From: Catajapyx aquilonaris
Lineage: Eukaryota
Direction of reading: 5' to 3'
NCBI GenBank assembly: GCA_000934665.2
Contig: JYFJ02000031.1
Location: 1 to 64,000, forward strand
Length of the DNA stretch: 64,000 bases
Shown here piece after piece: positions 22,901 through 35,230 of the stretch. Both the position numbers and the translations under genes were made by a program. Under the pieces are notes generated by a model. It was given only the letters and a program-made list of their open reading frames with translations. It did no database searches and was not told the origin of the DNA. Position 1 is the stretch's first letter. Every line of letters starts with the position of its first letter.

Positions 22901-25900
22901 GTCACTTGTAGTACTTGTCGCGTTGGGGGTATCATACCCTAACTACTTTTCTCCGTACAGAAAAATCTATCATACCCGAAAAAAATGCAGGTTTGCGACT
23001 TGAATTATTGGAGCTGTTTACCTTTCCTAGAAGCAAGTTCATCGACACAGGGGGCGTGAGATGAAAGGAACGTAGTCAGAAATTATTTAAAGAACGCCTT
23101 TCTTTCATTTTTTATGAACAATGCATTGAACTTGTTCTGTTTTCATGATTCACGCAACCTTCGTGTGACATTGTTTAATTTTTTTTCCAGTCCTCAGGCC
23201 CTTCTAGGCTAGACTACATGAAATTATTACGTCATTAAGAGCTCGCAGGTATGCTCGAATCGATCCTTTATACACAACTCTTGATGCTATTTTTACAGTG
23301 CGACGTAGAAACGTCTAACCTAATTTTCTAGGCGACACTTTGAGCTTATTTAGATTAGAGGTGGATATTTTATTCAAGGGGTGCGGTTAATGAAGGAGGG
23401 AATACATCATGGCAATACATGCGACCATGCTGCACTAATGGGGGAAGCATGCTGAAAGCCTGTCATAACATGCCGGAAAATAGGACGCCCACATCCGCCC
23501 ATTTAATATGTCCCTGCTCCTCTCCCACCAATCAGCTTCGATTTCTTCTCCTTTGTTTCTCGGAAACAGACCAGTCTTGGAAATACACGCCCTCTACAAA
23601 TTATTCCCCTAATTAATCAAAGGCAACGATTCAATATAATTATAGGCCATTTCGAGCAGTTCGAGCATTTCGAGCATATACAGTAACTCATCAGAATGAC
23701 GAAAAAACCCACCAGTTTATCTGTGACAATACGGTCACGAAGCTTTGTCCACACACCCACTGACCCTGACCCACCTGGTGGGTATCCCCTCTGAAAAACT
23801 GTCCTACCTGGAAAATGTTGTCGTAGTCAAAGTCGGTCAAGTATGGCAAATGATGTAGAGCAAAGGCAGCTCCGGCTGCCGATATTCTGGTTTCGGTGAC
23901 CACCAATTTGCACAGCTGCTGGCACCTCCTCTCCCCTTCAGAGGACAAACACAGGGAGCAAAGGCCGCGGTCAGTTATGGGGGTTGAGGCCACGTTCAGT
24001 TCCCGCAAATGTGGACAGTGCTCACCCAGGAGACCCAGGACCTGTTGGGCATACACCATTCATTTATTATGCATGGAGACGCATTGTCCAGCACTATGTA
24101 TACCTGATCGACTGCCATGGTCATCCGCAAATTCAGGATCGTGATGGAGCCCAGGTGAGGTATGAGTTTCATCAGAATGGGAGGGTTGATGTGACGTAGG
24201 TAAGCCAGTTGGAGCTGACGGAGTTTCTGTCAAAAAAAATAAACATAATGCACATTTGTACTTTTTCATTATAGTAAACCTACAGCATAACTACAGCAGA
24301 AGATGGATTAGCCGACCTCTGCCTTTCCACTCCACAACAGACATCCTATAAAGCGATCTGATTGGTAGAATCAGATCGGTGGGTACAGTGGGGTACAAAA
24401 GAAATGCTATTTAGAAACTCTACCTATTTTCTGAGAAGCGTGGGTAACGGGGTATACTATAAAACACCACAAAAATTAAAATATAATTAATTTTGCGTTA
24501 AAACTAATTATCTCTCTGAAAACCTTCCAATCAATTCGTTAACTCATATTTGAACGTCCATACTGCAAAAAGGGACGTGAACCATTATGGACATGTCCGA
24601 ACTAGCATTAGCTTCATGCTAACAGTGTGTCTGCATCCTAAATTTCCAGCGAATGTCTCCAGCAGGGATGGTCAACAACCCCTGCAATCTGGACACCTAT
24701 AATTAGACTCATCAACTCCTATTCATATCCAAATGGCCTCTTCCTGCTGGCCGTCCACCATCATTACTTTTGTCCCTCTAAAAACCCTCCAAAAACTCCC
24801 ACTCTAAAAAAAAACCAGGTCCCCAAATCCCACGGTCGATTGCGAGATAATTATTTTTGTCTTTCTGCTATAAAGAGTAGGCTCTGCGTTAAATTTGCCC
24901 ACAAACCCCAAGACATGGCTGTTCGACATAATTCCTTCTGAAGAAAAGACCAACTTCTTTTTCCCTCCCATCTTCCATCCTCTAAAAAAGGAACACAAAG
25001 AAAGTCTTTAACTTTTGCAAAAAGAAGTCGAAACAAGCCTCTCATGTAAGGGATGGAAGTCAGCGTGGAGGAGTTTTTTGAGTCGATAAAAGCTATGGAA
25101 AAGAAGATAAATTATGCCTGGGGGAACTCTACGAAGCAGAGCACAGAACATGGAACAAAAGGGGTGGGGGCATCATGAAAAACTTTTCTTTCTAAGTCTA
25201 AGGTGGGATCTAGGAGTGGGAGAAAAGGTACGTAGTGTAAGAGCAGCATAAATAGCATATTAGCTTCTCAACTAAATTTTGTGAAGAAAAAAAACAACAC
25301 AATTTTTTGAGTATGATATTAGTGGATCTAGAACCACTAGAAGTAGGAAAAATTGGTAATTAGTGTCTCAAAGTGCGTTTTGTGATTTGTGGTTAAATTA
25401 TGTAACATTCTGGGACAGTCACCTCGCGTTGCAATTTGGGCTCAGAAATTCATCAGGTGAAATAATTATGCGGGGTAATCAATTAATCATCTTGTAATTT
25501 CTGCGTCACGCTCGCCAGCAAAGAGAGTTTGTGACGTAATTATTCGTTACCTGAAACATTGATCTGTGCGACAATTTGGAAAATTTTAAATCTGATAATT
25601 AGGTTCCCATGCTTCTCACGCCAGAATCACACGAGGTTTCAACCAGATTTACTACAATATTTTTATCAAATTTTTTACCATTTCAAAAAACCAAAAGTGG
25701 CATGTGTCTGTTATTTGTACAATCTTGTACTGTAAGAAGACAAGCAAAGGCCTTTTAACAATTCATGATTGTTGCTCACTATGCATAATAATCCATGCAA
25801 TCACTCACATGACAGCATTGTGTAAATTTTGGATCAGCTTTTTTTCATACGACATGGCTTACTTCGACACTCTAAAGGCCACATTTTTTTGGCAATACGC

Positions 25901-28900
25901 TGTAGCTTACAGACTCTGCAATTAGTCAATATTATTACGCTTCCATCCTAATCATTACAAATCGTATGGCTTAACTTCTGGCTCGCTGTTTGATTAGTTT
26001 TTCGCCGCTCAACCGTTTCATAAACCGAATTAGCTCGAGTATAAAAAAAACAGGACATCTTCTGCAATAACCCAACGTGTTAATCTAACAGACCATTATT
26101 GCCCTTTCCGATGCCGCGAATTGTGATCCCCAGCCAATGAAATTCATCCTATTATCATGGCGGACTGCCTACATCTCATCAAAAAGGCAAAATGCTAATA
26201 TTCAGTCGGTGTCTCTGGCAAAATCCTAAGCTCCGGGTGCAGGAACCCGAAACGAATAAACGCACCCAAACGTAACAACCAGTTCCAGCTACAATCAGTG
26301 TCCAAAAACCCAAGTCAATGCAGTTCTCATTTATGATTTATTTATGATTAATTGCTGTAAATAACTCTGTAGATTTCTTCTGTAGCAGCCATCCGAACAC
26401 ACCTGATCATCACGGGTATTCCCCGCTCATCTAAAAAAACTGGCCAATGGTAATCTCCTATGCTCCAGGTCCTCTGGCGTGTCTTGACCTCTTCAGCACT
26501 ACATGAACAGGGGGAAACGCCCATGTTTTAACCCCTGGGTGACCGCCCCTAATTCCCCAAAGTGCCTACCCACATATCTACACTTGGGGGCTTTTTGCAC
26601 GGAATATACGACCATCATTTTGTAAGCTAGAGTATACCACAGGCTGAATGCAAAAACTGCTTTTTTTGGCATTACAAAAAAAGGGCGTTGGCTCTCACGC
26701 GAATTTTTAAACGCCTCAGCACGCAAACCTGTTTAATAAATCCCACCGAAAAAAGTCCTCAGCAAACGTCATCGATCTGGAAGCGTTGGGATTTGCACCG
26801 TAATTAATTCCATTAAGACACTTCTATGCAAATCGTAGCTTGTGAAACCGTCCCCATGATTTGTCAATATCCATGTCATTACCTGGGGAGGGTACAAATC
26901 CCCTGCAAAATTAAACATGGGATGGGATAGTGAGGGGGGGGGGGCGTATATATACGTCAGATGCGAAAAGGTTATGAATGTGCTTGATGAGTTCAGGAAC
27001 CCCCCCTCTGGATAGAATGGGTCCAAATGAGTGCAAGTTCTCATTAGTTGGAGAGATAAGCAAGAGCTGGATAGGGGTTTAATTCCATAGTGCTGGTCAC
27101 TGGGTTTTTGCAGCCCCACGGAATTCTGAGTGAGTGAACCGAAAATTTCTGGGGATTCGACAAAATTCTATGTTGAACCGGTTGCTCGGAGACTGCGGTT
27201 TTCATGGTCAGTTGTCAGCAGTCCGAGCACCCGATTCTTTTGCCGCATTAGTACAGCATGTTCAGAGCAGAATAGTGGAAATGGTGTGTCCTCAAGTTCA
27301 TGTCTTGGTCACACTGGACGTGACAAGTGGTGGCAAAAATTAAATTTAAAAAACCATGGTTGAGCGAATATCTGCCAGGATGTTATTAGTGTTTGAAGTC
27401 ATGACCATTCACACAGTGTAACGTGTAAATACGCGATTATGCAGACCACCCGGATCATTACGTTGTTATATAGGAATTAATCGGTTCTAGTCATGACCAA
27501 TGGCGCAGTATTCCCTGTAAACGGTTTTGTTCGTGAGATGCAGCAGTGGGTACGAAAATTCGCAATAATCTATAGCAAGCCCTTTAAAGGTCAGGCCGAC
27601 CTTTAGAACATCTCTTGTCTTAAAATACTAACACTTAATACCAGCAGGGGGGTGTAAATACCTTGCACCTTTCTAGGAAATGGAGGCCGAAGTAGATCTC
27701 GCCTGTACCGAAACTGAGATTGATGCTCTCTAGTTGTTCCCTCATCAGCAGATGCATATGCTTCCTGTTCAGCGATCGCACTTCGCGAATCGTCTCCAAG
27801 AGGTCCTCCAGAAGAGATGTGGCTGAAGATATAGAGAAGTTCTATAACTTGAACAACCATAAGTCGAACTTCTGGGAATGATTTACTGATGTACAGTACT
27901 ATGGCCAAAATAAAAATTGTAGCGCGTTATCCTGGCTTGGATGCAACCCATTGCACTGACGTGTGCACATCAGTGCAATGGGTTGCATCCAAGCCAGGAT
28001 GCGACAATCTTTGTTTGGGTGATAGTACATAAGAAATATGTAGATTTCAAACTTTTAAAAGGCACCATTGTTGTTAGTACTGACGGAAATGGTGACGTCA
28101 TTGTAGAACTTTTTTTAAAACCAGAGTAAGATTTATGCAATCGGGAATGGATAGTTTGCTGAACAATTTGCAAATCAAATGTGTATCGAAAAGTATAGGG
28201 GGTTGGTTTTTCGATTAGTCTCCAGCTGGCATGACAAATGGCCTTAATACCCCAGTCCTTTTATTTTCCCCAGACCTCCCAACTTCATCCCACAAGCCTC
28301 CATGAAACTGAATATTCACAAACTATTCCAACACTTTGCAAGATGTCACCTGGTCCAAGTTGGCAAAAGAATCTTTCCCATCCCCAAGTTTTCTCCCGCA
28401 ATGTTCCAGGTCATCTGACACGTGTCTATTGATTCCTTTGAGATGGGTTTTCCTCTTCTTCTTCTTTTTTTATGATAGTATCCCCTCACACACATCGTCC
28501 CCTTATTTTCCTCTGAACTCACCCCCTGTGAGTCAGCGTCATGACGCGTCTTGCCATTTTCCCCTCTCTCTATCGATCTACCCTTCTCTCCCCTCACTTT
28601 TATCCGTAGGTTTCCCTTCTCCCCTCCGGATAAACTTTGCTCTCACACTTCGCTACACCCCCTCTTGGATATTCCAACACAAAAAGATATCCACGGTACA
28701 CACTCACACTGTGCGCGAAAAACACATGCCTTCATGTCCCTAATAAGGCAATTTTATATATTTAAAAAAAATCTACAAAACGTTAAGTGAATATTACAAT
28801 TATGTTCTTACTTTGTTGTAGAGGAAGGTACATCAATCTGGAATGCCTCAGGTCATGCTGACCTTTATCTTGGCGCCCTTCCCCAATGACTAATTCCTGA

Positions 28901-29673
28901 TGGCGCCTCTCTATAAAAGCACCACCACCCCGCACCCTAAAAACCGACGCCCTTTTCTACCCTCTAGAGAGCCTCGGAATGAAGAGGCCCAAAAAGTGAT
29001 TGGAACCTTGTAAAATTTATAGCGAGAAACAGCTTTTTCTTCCTTCCCAGCTTTTTTTTTATCCAACCGGTCTCATTTCTAGGCTTATGACTATTTTAGA
29101 AGAGGCGGCTGGAGAATTTTCGAGGCTGGAAAATTTTCTGACGCCTTTTGGGCCCCAAGTGGACAAGGGCTCAGTTTGGCTTTGGTATCATCTCATTTTT
29201 GGAGCACGCCAGTAAATTGCATCCCAGTGAGAGAGATACGCCACAAGAGGTGGAGAAACATAGTCTACCAAAGTTAATTCCGGTTGAGAACAACGAATAT
29301 GGCTAACATACATATTGTTGCTCAGTGACGTCAACATAGGGTCGACCACCTTTATATGGTCCACCTAAACCTAAATTCTTTCCTTCACATGTAACAAAGT
29401 CGTTTCGACCACCATATATATTTGACATGTATATCGCGTCTGACGGTACCGTGTCATTACCCGCACACCTCGTGACTGCAGTGAGTCAGAAAATGGACAA
29501 TAATACTCACGCAAATCGCCAAAGGGGCCCTCCACCTCCAAGTACTTATCGGACTGTACCAATTTATGCATCTGTTCTGTGTCACGACAGGAGTAGCCCA
29601 CCAGGTCAAAGTTCAGGACAATGGTCTTCATCACAGCCTTCCTGAGGCTCAGGGGCTCATTCCTTTGTGGCAT
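16700..29673 (-). CDS. Leucine-rich-repeat protein (FBXL/RNI-like, cysteine-containing LRRs), 498 aa; complement(join(16700..16918,17055..17302,20057..20405,23808..24041,24104..24226,27662..27822,29511..29673))
   Basis: Seven exons with GT-AG boundaries and consistent phases (1,0,0,0,1,0) give 1497 nt with no internal stop. Repeated motifs include CPHLRELNV, CPSVASLSL, CGPRLESLIL, CPNIQNLAL, ITDRGLCSL and LSHLTLDQCHNLS. The N-terminal GPFGDLPTSLLEDLL resembles a degenerate F-box-like helix. Confidence 0.9.
17055..17302 (-). CDS. LRR gene coding exon 6 (AISQACPNIQNLAL...LYDIWA)
   Basis: Acceptor cattgcag, donor GTATGA, 248 nt. Confidence 0.9.
18427..19336. mobile_element. Third-level PIF/Harbinger-like MITE
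   Basis: 19-bp TIR agg(c/g)g(c/a)gttcacactagct with a TTA target-site duplication on both sides. Confidence 0.8.
18709..19043. mobile_element. Innermost fold-back element (near-perfect 290-bp palindrome 18709-18998); related to 61230-61555
   Basis: ~144-bp arms with a 2-nt loop at 18852-18853; similarity to the 61.2-kb copy extends to ~19043. Confidence 0.88.
20057..20405 (-). CDS. LRR gene coding exon 5 (VFDCLDRA...FATVDVA)
   Basis: Acceptor aaacag, donor GTTGGT, 349 nt, LRR pattern. Confidence 0.9.
20622..20685. mobile_element. Double stem-loop resembling a rolling-circle (Helitron/Helentron) terminus
   Basis: 19-bp stem with a GTA loop (20622-20663, one bulge) followed by gtgcacc-ttc-ggtgcac (20669-20685), after a T-rich tract. 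Confidence 0.45.
23808..24041 (-). CDS. LRR gene coding exon 4 (VLGLLGEHCPHLRELNV...YDNIFQ)
   Basis: Acceptor caacag, donor GTAGGA, 78 codons, LRR pattern. Confidence 0.92.
24104..24226 (-). CDS. LRR gene coding exon 3 (KLRQLQLAYLRHINPPILMKLIPHLGSITILNLRMTMAVDQ)
   Basis: Acceptor tttttttgacag, donor GTATAC, 41 codons; followed by a 62-nt intron. Confidence 0.88.
27662..27822 (-). CDS. LRR gene coding exon 2 (PTSLLEDLLETIREVRSLNRKHMHLL...FLERCK); this frame is absent from the ORF track
   Basis: Acceptor ttctctatatcttcag, donor GTATTT; 161 nt joins the phase-1 and phase-0 neighbours exactly. Confidence 0.88.
27929..28000. repeat. 72-bp near-perfect palindrome in an LRR-gene intron
   Basis: atcctggcttggatgcaacccattgcactga (31 bp) and its exact reverse complement flank a 10-nt centre. 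Confidence 0.92.
29511..29673 (-). CDS. LRR gene coding exon 1 (MPQRNEPLSL...EGPFGDL)
   Basis: ATG at 29673 lies 2 nt after an acceptor (...ttttctgtacatccag); donor GTGAGT at 29510. Confidence 0.88.
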
Positions 29674-29741
29674 ATCTGGATGTACAGAAAATAATAAAAT
29701 AAATTTTTTCTTGAAAATGCATGTACGAGTGTGTCGTAATT

Positions 29742-29880
29742 ATCAAAACCAGGCTATCTTCTTCGGTATTTTTTAAAAAAACAGGAAATTCAGATTTAGT
29801 CAGTTATTTAACGGTTCAGGTGACCTCGAGGTGACCTTTCCCAATGGGAAGTGGACCACAAGTGAAAATGTTTCATGAAT
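29742..29880 (+). repeat. Dispersed repeat, copy 2 (copy 1 at ~7382-7510)
   Basis: Same shared blocks in the same order and orientation. Confidence 0.7.
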
Positions 29881-31030
29881 TTAGCGTTTTGATAATGATA
29901 TTGGAATGTTGACATTTTTGTTGTAAAGTTGAAAATGATTACTTTCATTGTTCCCAGAAGGGTGAACGAACCTATGGCAATTCGGATCGCGTCTGTTGGG
30001 TTAAGACAAGCGACACTCTTTCCAATTTGAATCCAATCACCCCTGGCGTCAACCCGATGCGCAACAAGTAGATCGAGTGTTTCCCTTCTGGGACTTAAAC
30101 CCCTTGACGGGCCCTCCAAAATTGTCTGAAGGAAGGTACCTGTGCTGGGCTGAAATCCTGTGAGGATCGCGTGTGGTTGGATGCACTAGCGGAACTACTA
30201 ACAGAGTGCATGAGGTTGACGGCGTGTGAGATAGAGAGAACTGCCCTTGCACCAACAACCTAGGCCAAAAGCCTTCTGGGGTCTAAGAATAGCCTTTTCG
30301 AGGAGGCTATACCCGTGGACATACTTTGCAACCTTGGCAAAAGCTTCTGAGAGAGAATCGAGATGGCTGATGCTGTGGGATCTATCACTTACAGGGTACT
30401 CGAGTGGTCGTATTTACAGGATGTATGAATAATTCATTTGGTATAATAACTGTGCATGCAGTCAAATCCCAATAGTAAGAATCTGATACCATTTGAAAAG
30501 CGTATCTCATAAATTACGCAGAAATTCCATAGGGCTCGACTGCATGAGCGAATAACTGGAATTCGTAATATTCAGTGGAATTATTCCAGGATATCATTGT
30601 ACTGTACCCTGCAAATTTAAGATGAGATTATCTTGCTATTTTCAAAAATTCATGCCCGCATTCGTGAATAGTTTACACATATGAATTCGCACTTTCCGCC
30701 AACGATATGAGCTGCACATGAACCAATCGAAAAATATATCTCCCAAACTTTGTATAGTGAGGAGACTCTATAGGTCTAGACTAAAATGCATCCATTTTCC
30801 GTTGCATTTTCTCGTGTGATTCCGGAATCCAATATTCCGTTTCAGGGTAGCCCTCAATCGCGCGGTATACTCACAGAGGATCGGGGGGACCTGGATATCG
30901 GGATTTTCCAGGCATACCTCCCTCTGTAATTACACTCAAAAATTGGAAAAGGCAAAGCGCACCTAGCTTCATCAGATCGATGTCTCCTAGAAAGAGACAC
31001 GACAACGCATTATTTCACATTATATTAGCA

Positions 31031-31370
31031 TCTCTATATCGTATAACGGTATGTTTGTGTGTGTTTCGGGTTATCTAACCCACTTCCGGACTACTGAAAG
31101 CGCTAGAAGTTGGCACACTGATAGTTGGTATATTCCTGATTCGGGAATAGGCCTAAAAACCGTACTTTTTGGGGGTCATAACTGCCAAAATTTTGGTTTT
31201 TTGCCACTGAGTGTGGTGGAAGTTCCTGTATTTGCCACAGATGGCGGTAGCTTCCAGCCTCACACTGATCTCAGCGCCATCATGCAGCTGGCACTCTACG
31301 TAGCGTGCTCTAGATCGGCAAATTCCACATATTCGTGCTTAAAACCGATTTTAGAGCAGTGTTTTCTGTC
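31031..31370 (+). mobile_element. Probable non-autonomous Helitron-like 5' fragment
   Basis: A|TC start followed by tata...tgtttgtgtgtgt and aagttggcacactgatag, typical of arthropod non-autonomous Helitrons as I recall; no clear 3' hairpin-CTRR end. Confidence 0.4.
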
Positions 31371-31402
31371 TTATATTACCCATCACCTTGTTTTGTACAT
31401 AC

Positions 31403-31490
31403 CTGACGTCTACGAACGACGTTTATAACGGCTCGTGACAGCCTCGCGTCAGTCGAATCGTCCGAAATTGCGCAGCCTCTGTTAGCATTC
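31403..31490 (-). other. Candidate 5'UTR exon of the LRR gene (upper boundary unknown)
   Basis: The acceptor just before the ATG requires an upstream exon. A strong minus-strand donor CAG|GTATG sits at 31403|31402, below a CpG-rich stretch. Confidence 0.35.
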
Positions 31491-33254
31491 GCAAAAATTG
31501 TTTTTTCGCAGTCCAGTTTTTTTTTTTTTTTTTTGCGAATTGCAACTCCCTAGCAATATCAATCCCGTGGGAGAGAAAACAGCGAGGGCGGGAGGATGAA
31601 AAAAAGATCGAGGACGTCCGGACCGCTCGACTGTCCAATTAGGCTCCGGAGAACCATTTTTCCTGACAAGCCCTCCCACTATACCATACCCCCATTGCTT
31701 GCTAGCGTCTCTTGGAAAAAAAAAGATAGACGAAAACAGGAAGCTCTATTCCCTTGGCGTGACCGACGGATAACCAATACGGTGCCGGTACATAAGGCCC
31801 TTTTTCCTTAATATCACACTATGCCTGATGCCTTGTCAAGACGGGAGTCGGCCATTTTCGGGGGCTAATATAGTGGATAGCATTTTTTGGAGGAAGGAAA
31901 AAAAAGCTTGGTGGGTTCATAAATCCTACATGACAGCTACTCTGTCACTGTGCTAAAGAAGTGCGTACTTATTCCGTCCAACAGCGGTACTGTCGTGCTT
32001 CACAAAGTGGTGGTTTAAAATGAGGCAAAAATGGCAGCAGGGATTGGGATACAGTGAGAAGAAAAAGTGAGTACAGTGTATGGAATTGAGTCAAAAATGT
32101 AGCTGAAATGAAATTGTGTGTTAGAAAAATTAAATCGTAATGTGACATTCAGTGAAAGATCATTTTCATCACCTGCTCCTTTACAATGACGTTAATTTTT
32201 AAATCGGTTTAAAAATTAATATTGATCCCCAAAGGCCGACAGAGATCAACGTGCAATGAGTTTATCCTGGCGGTTATGCCACCCAACGTGCGTGACGTCG
32301 TGGCAGGTACGCGTGTCTGCCAGGATACATGATGGACCGTCCGTCTGCATCGCGACGTAGCACATTATTTAAAAAGCCATGTAATTGAATTGGGGGATTA
32401 ATATAATTTGAGCCCGGTTTTCAATATTTTACGGTGGCAAGGTTATCCGTCATTAATCGACTTGCCGGGTCATAGTGGGGCAATCTCATTACCATACGAT
32501 ATGTATCAACTAAGCGTTAACTCGTCGCATTAACAATCATCCCGTGTAAACAATGGATTTATTCAAGCGTTAATGGGCAGGAGGTATTTCATCAAAATGG
32601 GAGCAAACAGAAACATTCATTTCGTACTTTGCAATTTATTTACTCCATATTTGCATGCAATGCTCCACCTTCCTGGATTGGCACTCCACTGTTATGAAAT
32701 GGCGGACCTTTCATTGTTCCGAATCAACCCAGGGAGAGTAAATTATGTCGTTGTTGAGAGATGCCGCTGTGTTGATAATATTATTCGGGTGCTGATGAAG
32801 CCTCGTTGTAGAGGAAAAAAATACCAGGGCAATTTAGCAACACTGCTGTATCTACAGGCTTCACCGCATTGTTTCAAGCAGCTAATAGAGAGTGTCATTA
32901 CCAGTATGGCCTTCTGTGTATAACGCTACAGTTGCACAATGTGGGGTCCATTTTATGCATAAATGCGAATTACCCCTATATGCTTAACTAATGTCGCTTT
33001 AAATCGACCACCGTCCCGATATCACCATATTCCGATATTCAGAGTTTAGTTAGGCCAACCAGCTATTTTTCGGCCTATCTATGATGTGTACACAGCACAG
33101 CAGTAAAAATGCATGGGAACTGATGCCATTATGTAAATGCTAAACAGAATAATGAGTCAAGTTTAATCTCCAGACATATACACTGTACGTGACAGATCAG
33201 GTTCAAAATCAGGTTCGAAATTATTAAACATTTAAATATTTAAATATTTTGTAA

Positions 33255-33446
33255 AATAAATAAACAAATTCAATATTCTCAATAATAAATAAATTCTATA
33301 TTTTCAATAAATAAATAAATTTACTATTTTCAATAAATAAATAAATTCACTATTTTCAATAAGTAAATAAATTCAATGCCGAATTCGATATTTTCAAAAA
33401 TAAAAATAAAAAACTAATTTCACTATTTTGAATAAATAAATAAATA
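33255..33446. repeat. Minisatellite (~24-26 bp, aataaataaattcaatattttca); the same unit recurs at 34933-35040 and 35331-35410
   Basis: Several imperfect tandem copies in each block. Confidence 0.75.
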
Positions 33447-35039
33447 AAGTTCAAAGTCGGGTGTTCAAAATAACTACAATAATCTGAATTAATATGTAAA
33501 GTATTATAGCTACTGGTCACAATTCAGGCCCATACCGTACCTGTACATAATCGGATATTGTACCTCACTTGTGTTGATACAACCGGTCTTAGTAGCCAGA
33601 TAGCCGCTTACAGTGTTTACTTTCAACTTGCCCTTAATAAAGACGCCTAAATTAGTTTAGAGCTCACAACAGAACGGGTCAGACCATTCAAAACACTCCA
33701 CACAAATAGTCGTGAATTATATCACACAAGCACTGTACAGGGTGCTTTTCGTCCAGTCCTTCAAAAAAGCTTGCATGTGTAACACGTGGAATATACGACC
33801 CCCACGAGTTACGACCTAGGCATGAGCGTTCCAATTGCGTGTCTAGTTTTTTCTCTCTCTCTTCGTTTCCAGTGAGTGCCCACACGCAATGGGGGCCTCG
33901 CACGTGCGACAAATGGGTGTCCAGTCCATCCCTACCGATGTATGTAAATTTCGTGGGGGCCAGCGACGTGTTGCGGTCCAGGCCGCGACGCTTGGTCAAT
34001 AGAGCGACTTGTTTCCACGCTTCTGGACATATGCACCTGATACTATGCAATTACGCAGTGATCCGACCAATTCACGCTGTTTCTAATTAAATTCCAGCTT
34101 TACACTTCATTTAAATTCGGTACATAAACCCTTGCCATAAAGGCCCGCGGGACTAACAAAAAAGTGGGTGATTCGAGTATACTTTTTCTCACTCTAAAAG
34201 TCAGTTGACTAAACTGGATATGCTACTAGGAACTAGGTAATTATTCTGTGTGCAGCACTTGTATGTCACAAAGCACATATCTGATCACATACTGGGCGTG
34301 AAATTAGTCTCCTACATATGGGTGTCACGACATACTGGTCACGCCAATGCTTAAAATTAACGTGCACTATTTTTACGCACTATTTTTCATGTCCAAATAT
34401 TTTTTTTACTAGTATGATACTCCTCCCTATAGCAACATGAGGGCTGGCAGATTAATGCAGATCCTCGAATAAACGTGACAAAACCCTCGACTCGTATATT
34501 CCGAACCAGGTCTCTGGCAAACAGACAAGCGTCCCAATTTTTTCCCGGGCACCCTATTTTCAATATAACTACACGGGTATGATGTGTCAGGTCTAAAAAT
34601 GGCGGGGCTGAAGTGACAAAACAAGATGGATGGACATTTTTGTACACTAGTTTTTAGAGGGATAACCTCGCTCGCATGCAAACTCATTCTCCCTCCCGTG
34701 TTGTGAACAGCTTCTTAATATTGGGCGCGTGAGACGGTGCACGAGAGATTCTCATCATCTTTCACAACATTTTCATGTCGTGTCCGTGTTGGAAGGGAAA
34801 TGACTTCGGGACTCGTTGAAGCGATGTATCATGTGACGTCATACGTGCTCGGTATATGGAAGCGATTTGGTCACTGCTATTGAAGAATAGCAGTGATTTG
34901 GTGCAGAAAAGTCAGTAGTCCTCGCAAAGCGAGTAAATAAATAAATTCAACATTTTCAAAAAATTAATAAATTCAACATTTTCAAAAAATTAAGAAATTC
35001 AACATTTTCAAAAAATTAATAAATTCAATATTTTCAATA

Positions 35040-35230
35040 ACCGAAGCAGTGGTAGCGGAGGGGATATGGTATCCGATTGCTAATCGGGAGGTCCTGGGTT
35101 CGAATCCCGGTGGCCGCCGACCCTGACCGTGGTTTTCTGTGGTTTCCCATGGTCTCACCAGGAAAATTCCAGGGTCGTGTCCGTAATTATAGGCCACAGC
35201 CGCTTCCTTCCGTCCCTATCCCATCCCCAT
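35040..35230 (+). mobile_element. tRNA-derived SINE
   Basis: A-box-like TGGTAGCGGAGGG (~35050), anticodon-like stem-loop tccga-ttgctaa-tcggg, B box GGTTCGAATCC (35097-35107), then a non-tRNA body ggttttctgtggtttccc...aggccacagccgcttccttcc resembling arthropod SINE bodies such as termite Talua (from memory). Confidence 0.8.

Noticed and set aside
24060..24269. ORF-track proteins at 24060-24269 and 27603-27908
   Set aside because: Wrong frames; the real LRR exons overlap them in different frames.
35040..35115. Possible tRNA-Ser(GCT) gene
   Set aside because: No acceptor stem or long variable arm, and it continues into a SINE body; called as a SINE head.
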